The position numbers and the translations under genes were made by a program. Shown here piece after piece: positions 54,303-64,000 of a stretch of 64,000 nt of DNA (within the stretch, counting starts at the first letter, position 1; each line of letters opens with the position of its first letter). Source of the DNA: Octopus sinensis (lineage: Eukaryota); the NCBI RefSeq assembly GCF_006345805.1, contig NC_043002.1, forward strand, positions 67,208,001-67,272,000, in the 5' to 3' direction. The notes below the pieces were generated by a model. That model was given only the letters and a program-made list of their open reading frames with translations. It was not told the DNA's origin and searched no databases.

Positions 54303-55129
54303 TTCATTATTCAGTTTTATTTCAAGATTTCTTGCCAATAGAGAAAGAGCCGGTTTCTAACCTAGATCCAAGGCTCTTTCATTGGAATTTCAACATCAAC
54401 AGGATATTTTTGTATGTATGTATATATGTACTAATGCTATACTATACATACCATACTAATCATATCTGTCGGGCATGTGGAAGAGAGAGTGTAATTCGGC
54501 AGGAGGACTTAAACAACATGCAAAGGTACATGAAGCCCAGTTAGTTACAACTACAGCCAGCTATAACCAGTAAAGGTTTTAGTTGCCAATTTTGTACAAG
54601 ACATTGTAGATCTTTAGCTGGGCTAAAAAGTCACATTCGATCACAGCACTAGTAACAGTTAAGCTTCGTGCAATGGCCATACTCGATAACGAGGTGGCAG
54701 CCATAATGTATGTATGTATGTATGTATGTATGTTCATTATTCAGTTTTATTTCAAGATTCTTGCCAATAGAGAAAGAGCCGGTTTCTAACCTAGATCCAA
54801 GGCTCTTTCATTGGAATTTCAACATCAACAGGATATTTTTGTATGTATGTATATATGTACTAATGCTATACTATACATACCATACTAATCATATCTGTCG
54901 GGCATGTGGAAGAGAGTGTAATTCGGCAGGAGGACTTAAACAACATGCAAAGGTACATGAAGCCCAGTTACAACTACAGCCAGCTATAACCAGTAAAGGT
55001 TTTAGTTGCCAATTTTGTACAAGACATTGTAGATCTTTAGCTGGGCTAAAAAGTCACATTCGATCACAGCACTAGTAACAGTTAAGCTTCGTGCAATGGC
55101 CATACTCGATAACGAGGTGGCAGCCATAA
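54303..55129. repeat. Two near-identical tandem copies of a ~430-bp composite unit embedded in (TGTA)n
   Basis: ttcattattcagtttt starts at 54303 and 54733. The copies differ only by small slippage indels (tttc/ttc, gagagag/gagag, ttagttac/ttac) and TGTA length. Confidence 0.97.
54860..55129 (+). mobile_element. 3' end of an RTE-like LINE encoding two C2H2 fingers, with 3' hairpin and (TGTA)n tail (duplicate at ~54431-54706)
   Basis: HICRACGRECNSAGGLKQHAKVH (C-x2-C-x12-H-x3-H) and FSCQFCTRHCRSLAGLKSHIRSQH*, with no TGEKP linker. The last finger resembles RTE ORF2 C-termini. A hairpin GCCA-TA-CTCG-ATAA-CGAG-G-TGGC (55099-55121) lies just before the TGTA tail. Confidence 0.55.
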
Positions 55130-55158
55130 TGTAGTATGTATGTATGTATGTATGTATG

Positions 55159-55272
55159 TCATTATTCAGTTTTATTTCAAGATTTCTTGCCAATAGAGAA
55201 AGAGCCGCTTTCTAACCTAGATTTGAAGCTCCTTCATTGGAATTTTAACATCCACAACAAGGTAGTTTTGTT
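55159..55272 (-). mobile_element. ~110-bp retroposon 3' end ('X') within (TACA)n, diverged third copy (others at 54303-54410 and 54733-54839)
   Basis: The minus strand ends ...gaaatAATAAA-like (cttgaaataaaactgaataatga) directly into (CATA)n. TGTA repeats flank both sides. Confidence 0.65.
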
Positions 55273-55699
55273 TGTATGTATGTATGTATGTATGTATGTA
55301 TGTATGTATGTACGTGCGTACGTACATATGTATGTATGTATGTATGTGTGTAGATTTGTATATTTTGCTTAATCTAAGTGTTCTCATGCATATAAGGCAG
55401 AATCTTTTGTTTTAATTTTCTCTGGACTCTTGGTGGCGTTGAACGAGATACCATTATAATTCACTCAGTCGTATATGACATCCACGTCTCACTGAAAAAC
55501 ATGTATATTGTATACGTTTTTCATTGACCTGGTTTCCCGCATCCCACAAGTAGTGTCAGCGTAACAGCCAAACATAGTCGACTGGTTAATATATAACAAC
55601 ATAAAGACATCGTTTAAGGCATTTTTAAGTATCGTCTGCATAACTGTCGAATATGGGCGATAAGTTATTTTTGTCTATATATGACAACATTATTAAAGA

Positions 55700-56190
55700 C
55701 AACATAAGTACTAGTCTTGTACTGGTGTTGATGTAATCGACCAACATCCGCTCCCCCACCAAATTTCAGGCCTCGTGCCTATAGTAGAAATAATTATTAG
55801 GAACAAAAACGCAACGTGCCGGCAGAATCATTAGAACGACGGGCGAAATTCTCAGCAGGGTTTCGTCTGCCTTCACGTTCTGAGTTCAAATTCTGCCGAG
55901 GTCGACTTTGCCTTTCATCCTTTCGGGGTCGATAAATTAAATACCAGTGAAACACTGGGGTCGATGCAATCGACTAGACCCCTCCAACCTCAAATTTCAG
56001 GCCTTGTGCCTATAGAAGAAATGATTCGTAAGCACATCAGGCAAAATGTTTAGCGACATTTCTTCCTAGTACAAATTTCGCCGCGGTCAATTTTGCCTTT
56101 CATCCTTTCGAAGTCGATAAAATGATAAATAATGGGGTACATATAATCGATTACATTCACAAAATTTCATGTCTTGTGCCAAAATTAGAA
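55700..56190 (+). mobile_element. Three head-to-tail family-C SINE units
   Basis: 3' fragment at ~55700-55795, full copy at ~55813-56020, degenerate copy at ~56030-56190. Confidence 0.85.
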
Positions 56191-56751
56191 AGGAATATTA
56201 GTTACAAAGGAGACACAGAATGGTTAATTGCGGTACTACGCTTAATATTGTATACATTTCCAACAGAGCTCACCTACCACTATTTCGGTCTTCTGAAAAG
56301 TCAAAAACCAAATACTCAACGTTTCTGTCAGTTTGTAACACAGGATCGTAAGGTCGACACTGTCAAAAGATTTCCTGAAGTCAAGGTATTCATAGCGAAC
56401 TCTTGATGCAGATATGATAATCATCAGACGCTGCTTATGTTGTAGAAACAGTGTCAGGCAGTTACTTCCGGGCGGAAACCATGTTGGGTTTTCTTAAAAA
56501 AGATTTGTTTGTCTAAATGCTCTGCACGTAATTCTCTCTCAGTACTTTTGAAGAGAGTGACACAGATTTATTGTTGTTTGTTTACCAGTGCTTCATTCTT
56601 ACCTTCGTGACATTATAGTATAGAATATAATAAATTATGATACGATATAACATACTTATAAAGGTGACGTATATATATCTAGACACACACACACAATGAG
56701 CAATACGAGTATATATATGTACATATACAGACAGATATGTGTGTGTGCGTG

Positions 56752-56819
<68 letters not shown>

Positions 56820-57361
56820 TATGTGTGTATGTATAGTTGTACGTTAATAAGTAAATTCAAAAAGAGGCTGGCATTACTTATATAAAACACATGTACGATA
56901 GAATCCGTGTATGCATGCAGGCGTGCTTGTAAAGAAGCCATAGTCTTTTTTTTTTATGTTTTGTTACTTTTTTTTTATTATTTAAGATTCTATATTCCGA
57001 AACATAACCTTCTATTCTATTATATTTATTTGTTTTTCTGTTGTCCTCTTCCCCTCCTCTCCTTCCATTCATTTTTTTTTTTACTCCTACCATATTACTG
57101 TTTCATCTTCCTTTTCGCATTCCATCCTACATAGCTACTTAGGTTTTACTTCACCCCGTCGACATATCTGACTACATGATGCCTGTCTTTCAGTCACACC
57201 AATGGCGCTTTTGGTTTTTACAAATGCATACGTACATACATACATGCATACATACATACGTATCACTTCCTTTCTCTCTCTCTCTTTATATATATATATA
57301 TATATGGGGGAGGGGGTATACTAATATATATACACTTATAGACACATGTGTACATATACGT

Positions 57362-57486
57362 ACCTATCTATCTATCTATCTAGCCATCCATCTATCTATC
57401 TATCTATCTATCTAGCCATCATCTATCTATCTATCTATCTATCTAGCCATCATCTATCTATCTATCTATCTATCTATCTTCTATCT
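57362..57486. repeat. (CTAT)n array with tagccatc variants (5' flank of the LINE)
   Basis: Direct reading. The same variant motif recurs on the 3' side of the LINE. Confidence 0.95.
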
Positions 57487-57707
57487 CTCACAATGGACGG
57501 ACGCTAGTCATATCGGCTCCACGTAAGTTGGCCACTTTTACATGTTTAAAACTCCTTGTTGTCAAATATTTTGTTTTAATCGTTGTGCAAGTTCATTCAC
57601 TAAAAAACCTGAGAATTATTCACGTAGAATTCCGCCCCTGTATGGGCGAAATTACAAAAAAACTTTCAAAACTTTCGTGGGTTTTTTAGCCATTTTTCAT
57701 TTTGAAA

Positions 57708-59718
57708 ATGGCAACTAGAAACCACGTGGCTAGCCCGCCAGTCATGCAGAACGGTAGCAAAACACTATTGCTACCACTAGCTGCTAAACATCGCAGCGTG
57801 AACACCGCTGTCACCACCATCACCACCACCACCAACAACAACAAATCTAACGTCGCATTCACCATCGCCGCGACCAAAGACATTAACTTAGATTTCCCCT
57901 CACTCCCCACACCACTTGTTGATGATAAAGGGACAGAGAAAGGGATTTCAAAAATGAATACAAACGAAAACATGAATGCCAGCACCACCACCATCACCAC
58001 CAACAACAACAACGAAATTGGCACAAAGCCGCCTACCAAAGACAACACCGCCAACACCAACACCACTACTACGACGTCAAATGCTACATCCAAGCCTTCT
58101 ACTGCTAATACCGCCAACACCAACACCACTACCGTGACTTCAATTAACACTGCCACAATTAACACTTCTACTGCCAAATTCAAAACGAATTTTGCGGACG
58201 TAACAAAACAAAAAAGAACAATTGTAACATTCACCACACAAGAGATAAACCGCACAAAAGCACTCTTCTCCAAAGAAGGAGACAAATTGCACCTTCACAT
58301 TCCACAACACCGTGGAAAACACACAAAAAAAAACAATAATTTATAAAGTAATAAACAAAAAAACAAGAAGAACAGAAAATGCACCGCAGGAAAAAATCGA
58401 AAAATGCCTTCGTCCTGCATGGGACTCCAAGGAATATATCAGTTGGGGAAACAAATTTGGTACAGTCCAAGTACGTTTAGCAAAACGTTTTTCCACATTG
58501 GAGCTATATTCGGACGACTTGGTAATGATACCAGTCTATTTAAACAAAAGGGTCACGAAAGTCCAAATAAAAAACATACCATTTGATGTCGAAACACAAT
58601 GGTTGGTCTCTGCCATCTGCTTTGAAATGTCAGAGACAATGTCAGAGACAAACATCCTGGAAATCGCGGTTCTAGGAGAGAAAGACTATGTGGGCAAATC
58701 AATCGAATTCCTGCTTCAATTGGATGAAGCAGCAAGAGAGAAGATACCCACCGCTATAGAACTGCCAGGAGGCTACAAACTCTATATAGTGGTAGAGGGC
58801 AGGCGACCACGCTGCTATTTGTGTGGAAGCGAAACACACTTGAAAAAGACGTGCCCAACCACTGCACACCAGAGCAACAACAACAACCACTACCACAACC
58901 AAAGCACTCCGGAAAAAAAGCTCTACTACCCACACCACCATCAACACAGAAGACGACAAGAGAAGCACACCAAGCTAATCCGTCATCAACCAAAAACCAC
59001 TCAACACCTGAAAAAATACCAACACCACCAACAACAGCAAAACCCAAAGGACAAAAAACAAAGAAAACACACACAAACTGATCCCCCATCCCTTATACCG
59101 CACTCAACACACACAAACACTCAACAACCAACAACAACGAAAACAACAACACAACCACTTACACAGACATACATAGAAGCCCACAACATACCCCTACCCC
59201 CTTCTGATTCCTCAGAAATTTCGTCGGAAGACGAAACCAGTGAGGAATGGCAAATAGCTACAAAAAGAAGGAAAATAAAGAGCAGAAACACAACCCAAAC
59301 CAAATGCAAACACGAACAAAGCAGGGGGAAATACATCTCCCGAAGACATTTCAAAACCCAACGCAAACAACAGCCACACCAACACCACAAAAACATATAC
59401 AGCAAACATGCTCACAGCCATAGACACCAAAACACACAAATTTGATGGAATACATCCAATCAAAACAAACATAACAAGATGACATAAAAACAAACAATCA
59501 CCCATACACAACACCACCAGACCACATCAATATTACACATCTCCAAAAGTCTGCACCACACACTCAAAGGCATTTTCCCCAGTGCGGTTGGTAAATGCCA
59601 AAAATATCTCACAAAGAAACTGTACTGGGATCTTCTCGAGGACCAAACCAACGGAGGAGAAAGCAAAAACTTTCGAGCAGTAAGTAACCCTCTGTATTCT
59701 AATTCATTAGAACTATGA
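57708..59718 (+). pseudogene. LINE ORF1 (gag-like nucleic-acid chaperone), frameshifted as assembled
   Basis: MATRNHVASPP... with a T/N-rich N-terminus. Central domain VQIKNIPFDVETQWLVSAI...LYIVVEGRRPR, then CYLCGSETHLKKTC (C-x2-C-x4-H-x4-C, 58813-58854). The C-terminal frame ...KLYWDLLEDQTNGGESKNFRAVSNPLYSNSLEL* ends at 59718. Confidence 0.8.
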
Positions 59719-62700
59719 TCAAGATTGGTTGTGTAAATGCGCGTGGCTTGGGGTCCCCTTGGAAACAGGGTACCTCTTAAATGACATAAAGTCACATAAG
59801 TTAGAAATCATAGCCATAAGCGAGACCAGACTCCACAATCCGCGGGCCCTAAAGACCATGTTTGGCGGACAGTTCAACATTTATTTTCCCCCCTGTCTGC
59901 CGAGAATGGGCGGTAGTGGCACCGCGGTACTTTTTCACAAGAGTCTGGATCTCAAAGTAAGGACAATATTCGTAGACCCGGAGGGTAGACTGGTCGTCCT
60001 GGATGTCGACGGCAGCAATGGGTGCGCTTTTCGACTCGTATCAGTTTACGCACCGCCCTTAACAGGTCGGGCGTATTTCTTTCAACGTCTAGAAGTTTTC
60101 TTGGGAACGTCTCGTCCTTTACTCTTAGTGGGGGATTGAATGCTACCTTGGACACGCATGTAGACTACGTGGTAGAGATAGGAATAGACGGGGATGCAAA
60201 TGCCTCAGAGACCTGCTCAGACGCTTTCAACTGTCTGGCAGTTCCGACTAGACCACCCGAATGCGCCAACGTGGACATGGAGCAACCGCATCGGGTCGTC
60301 GAGATCGTATCTAGATAGGATACTGTGTAGGACAGTAGATAGAGATAGCATAGGATGTCCACAATTCCACATAGTCAGCTACACGGATCACAAACTTGTG
60401 ACATGTACGCTAGACTTAGGTAAGACACTTAGGCAGGGTCCCGGATACTGGAAACTAAACGCGTCTTTCCCATCGAGACAAGTTTTCAGAGACCGGATTA
60501 GCACACTAGTAAAGAGGGCTTTGACGGGAGCCATCATCAACAACAAATGGTGGTTTGCCCTCAAGAGAGCAGTAAAAGCAGAAGCGATTAGGTACAGCAA
60601 GCACTAGCCATAGATAGAAATAGAGTAGAGGGTGAGCTAGTTAAGAAGCTAGAAGAGGCAATTAGAAGCGGCATCGCATCCGACGTTTTGGCGGCGAGGT
60701 TGGCCCTCGACCAACACTTCCACGCCAAACACGAAGGATGTGCTGTCAGAGCTAGGATGCGTGCTCTAAGGAACGAAGGTGTTGGAGCCGCGAGAGAGGC
60801 CCGGGTGGCAGAGGCGCAACAGGGCAACAAAGCCACCATTCGGTCACTGGTAGATGAACAGGGGCGCGAATTGCTCGAGCCAAGTAAAATGTGTGTGGCC
60901 TTTCAGCAGCATTTTGCCCGACTGTTCGGAACGAGTGGAGGGCAAGAACGTAGGGTGGACTTCAGTGCCTACCTACATAGCCTACCACGACTCTCGACAA
61001 GAAAGGCAGGGTGCTGCGAAGGTGCCATCACGGCGGCGGAAGTGCGGGAAGCGATGGCAGAATGCTCGAGGGACAAATCACCGGGTTTGGATGGTCTACC
61101 CTACGAGCTTTACAATTGTATGCCAGACTTGTTTGGAGATCTCTTGGCGGCGGTGTACTGCAACTGGCAGAAAAAACGGGAGCATTCCTGGTTTTGTGAG
61201 CCGAGGAGCCGTAACACTGCTGAAGAAAGATCTAAACAAGGGAAATGTAATAGATAACTTTAGGCCCATCACTCTGCTTAATGCAGACTTGAAAATTTTG
61301 GCCAAGGTGCTAGCCAAGAGGTTGGCGCTTGTCATCGAGAAACTGGTCGACAAGGCGCAAACATGCGCCGTGCCAGGCCGGACCATCCATGACAACCTCC
61401 ACCTGATGCGCTACATCATAGACAGGGTAGTTAACGAACCTGGCATGGGTGGGGCGCTGATCAATTTGGATCAATCGAAAGCTTTCGATAGGGTGGACCA
61501 TCGATACTTGGAGGCGGTCCTCGGAGCGGCTGGCTTCGGTCCCGTCTTCCGCGGCTGGATAGCCGCTTTGTACAGAGGCATCCGTTCGGTAATTCGCGTG
61601 AATGGACATCTATCGAGACCCTTCGACATCGCACGTTCCGTCCGTCAGGGATGCCCCTCTCGGCGCTTCTATACGTATTGACTCTCGAGCCATTATTGCG
61701 GAAGCTGGCAACCTTGAGAGGCATCCCGCGAGAACTGGGATGCGGGACGAGCGTGTCTGCATACGCGGACGACGTCACCGTCATAGTGTCTAGCCACGAG
61801 CACATCGAGCAGGTCGGCGAGACACTGAAAAACTACGAAGCGGTGACAGGAGCGAAAATCAACCGGGAAAAGTCAGTGGGCTTGCGACTAGGCACCTGGA
61901 GAAGCAAGCCCATGCCGTCCACCAGCGCCTCCGTCGTGGGACGCTGGACCGACGGCCCGGTTGAGTTGCTCGGGGTCTGGTTTGGTCCGGACCTCCAAGT
62001 GGAGAAGAACTGGAACGAGATAACGAGTAGGGTGGTCACTCTCGCCCGGCAATGGGCCGAGAGGAAACTGTCCCTAAAAGGTCGGGCTGAGGTGGCGAAC
62101 ACGTACATCGCGTCCGTCATCTACTACCGCCTGACCGTCGTACCTTGTCCCGACCCTACCATCACCAAACTACAACGCATTCTCTTTCGCTTCTTGTGGA
62201 AAGGATGCGCCGATGGTCAGGCGATCCATTTGCTGTCAACACCCGTTAAAAGGAGGGCTGGGCATGCCGTGGTTGATGATGCGCAGACACGCGCTGAGAC
62301 TGCGACATCTCTGGCTCTATGTAGACGACGGTGAACAGGCGTGGTCGCCGTTTGTGAGGCACGCTTTCCCGCAGCTCGTCTCCATGACCGAACTGCAGTC
62401 GTGGATCAAAAAGAGGCCGAAGAAGGGCGAATGGCACCGCGAGTGTCGCGTTGCTCTCAAGCAACTCTGCCGTCCTGGGTCGACCTTGAGTGACTTCAAC
62501 ACAACCAAAGCATTCTATAGGGGTTTAGTGGAGGGGAGGTACGACGACGAGCTCGGGGCGAACCTGGACGTCGACGAGGAGTACCTGACCGCCTGTTCAG
62601 GACGACTTTCGGGCCAGGGCCCATGGACAACTTCCAGAGATCCCTGGCCTGGCAGTGCTACCGAGAAGCGCTACCCGTTCGGGATAAGCTCTACAGACAC

Positions 62701-63145
62701 GGCTCGAGAAACACGGGGCCGACCTGCCCGAGATGCGGGTCAGCGACGACGAAACCGTTCTGCACGCACTCGTGCAGTGTCCAACAATTTCCGACCTGTG
62801 GGCTTATGTCGAATGACTGCTGTCACGTGTGGGACGAGTCGGTTTATCAGCTGAGTCTATCGTTAATATTGTCACGCCTCCCTCCTTCAAACGGGAAGGA
62901 AGAGCTATTTTCATCATCCTTGTGGCTATGGCGAAAGAATGTATCTGGTGGACGCGTCTGAAAGGATTGGAGACAAACACTTTCCTCTCTGGTCAATCTC
63001 TCATCAACTTCTTCAAGTACCACTTGAAAAGGAAAGTGAGAGTAGAGAGGCAAGTTTTGTCTAGCGAATGTTTTAAAAAAAGATGGGTGAATGTAGCAAG
63101 AATGGCAGTATGAATGACGAAGCCACCTTGAGCATGATCCTATGA
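59715..63145 (+). pseudogene. LINE ORF2: apurinic endonuclease, reverse transcriptase and C-terminal zinc-binding motif, frameshifted as assembled
   Basis: APE motifs MIKIGCVNARGL, IIAISETRL, VSVYAP, GD(W)N, SYLDRI, YTDHKLV. RT motifs SPGLDGLPYE, NFRPITLLNADLKILAKVLAKRL, LDQSKAFDRVDH, SVRQGCPLS, SAYADD (61762-61773). C-terminal CPRCG..ET..HALVQC. The true end at 63145 is inferred from a final frameshift. Confidence 0.93.
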
Positions 63146-63541
63146 ACCCAGAAATTGAAAACAGAGAGTTGCTTATTTGCAAAAAAAAAAAAAAAGAAAT
63201 ATAACATGTGACTCCATTGACCGAGGTTACCGTGGTCTTTTCCGTAGGCTTTTCTTTCCACGGGTAAACCTCACCTGTCCTCCCCTTTACACTTCATATT
63301 GACATTTCTGTGATAACGATCCCTATTGATCAATTTTTTTTTTTTTTCTCTTTTTTTTCTTCCTCTCCCCCTTTTTTTTAACCCCCCTTTTTTGTCCTCT
63401 TTCTCTCCTTTTACGATCCCTTTTGATCGAAACTCCCCCTTCCTTTTTTTTCTTTTTTTTTTTTTTAAACCTTCAAAAGAAAAGCTCTACCTTGTAATTT
63501 GTTCCATCTGTGTGCAGCCCTGTGTGGCTAATAAAGAAACA

Positions 63542-63587
<46 letters not shown>

Positions 63588-63616
63588 GCCACCAATCTAT
63601 CTAGCCATCTATCTAC

Positions 63617-63819
63617 CTGTGATTACGATCCCTATTGATCAACTTTTTTTCCTCTCCCCTTTTCTTTTTTTTAAATTCTCCCCTTTTTTTGTCCTCTTTC
63701 TTTCCTTTTACGATCCCTTTTGATCGAAAACCAACCCCCTTTTTTTTACCCCCAAAAGAAAAGCTCTACCTTGTAATTTGTTCTGTCTGTGTGCAGCCCT
63801 GTGTGGCTAATAAAGAAAC
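63617..63819 (+). mobile_element. Second, 5'-truncated (203-bp) copy of the Tx1-like 3' UTR
   Basis: Homologous to 63308-63540 with substitutions and different T-run lengths. Same aataaagaaac|atatct junction, with (CTAT)n on both sides. Confidence 0.93.
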
Positions 63820-63882
63820 ATATCTCTCTATCTATCTATCTATCTATCTATCTAGCCATCTATCTATCTGTCTATCTATCTA

Positions 63883-63913
<31 letters not shown>

Positions 63914-63964
63914 CCATCTATCTATCCATCCATCTATCTACCTATCTATCAATATCTATATATC

Positions 63965-64000
63965 GTGGCACTCCGTCGTTTACGATGACACGGGTTCCAG
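63965..64000 (-). mobile_element. 3' tip of a family-E-type SINE, cut by the window edge
   Basis: Reverse complement ctggaacccgtgtcatcgtaaacgacggagtgcca resembles the E tail at ~45935-45975. Confidence 0.55.

Larger units (their letters stand above)
57487..63540 (+). mobile_element. Apparently full-length Tx1-like (L1-group) non-LTR retrotransposon
   Basis: ~220-bp 5' UTR, ORF1 with CCHC knuckle, ORF2 with APE, RT and C-terminal Cys/His motif, pyrimidine-rich 3' UTR, and AATAAA at 63530-63535 running directly into (TATC)n. No LTRs. Confidence 0.9.

Noticed and set aside
54710-55075. Host C2H2 zinc-finger gene (121-aa ORF)
   Set aside because: The ORF starts in microsatellite and crosses an antisense repeat, there is no TGEKP linker, copy 1 is frameshifted, and the context (hairpin plus tandem tail) points to a retroelement 3' end.
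58325-58334. Programmed -1 frameshift at A-AAA-AAC in ORF1
   Set aside because: The heptamer is present, but the downstream coding frame is +1, not -1. One extra A in the A9 run explains it more simply.
57686-63182. Minus-strand ORFs over the LINE (e.g. 199 aa at 57686-58285)
   Set aside because: They are antisense shadows of the compositionally biased + strand ORFs and carry no motifs.

Overview
AT-rich, repeat-saturated animal genomic DNA. The SINE repertoire makes an octopus or other cephalopod the most likely source, but that is my inference. I found no confident host protein-coding exon, rRNA or CRISPR array, and almost every ORF in the supplied track is translated microsatellite. The main coding feature is an apparently full-length ~6.05 kb Tx1-like (L1-group) non-LTR retrotransposon on the + strand (~57487-63540). 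Its ORF1 has one CCHC knuckle, its ORF2 has APE, RT (YADD) and a C-terminal Cys/His motif, and the two ORFs overlap at an ATGA. It sits inside a (CTAT)n microsatellite, and a second 5'-truncated copy of its 3' end lies in the same array. The rest of the window holds dozens of tRNA-derived SINEs of at least five types (CORE-like, Nin/Deu-like and V-domain-like modules), some nested or dimeric with clear target-site duplications. Other features are a MITE with ~57-bp TIRs inside a SINE, a 5'-defective tRNA-Glu(TTC), a 430-bp tandem unit made of two retroelement 3' ends in (TGTA)n (one encoding two C2H2 fingers), two inverted copies of a 545-bp (AAT)n-flanked element, Penelope-like relics with degenerate hammerhead motifs, and a mariner-type terminus. 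The most interesting theme is several retroelement families each tied to a particular microsatellite motif. SINE boundaries are approximate, within about 10-20 nt.
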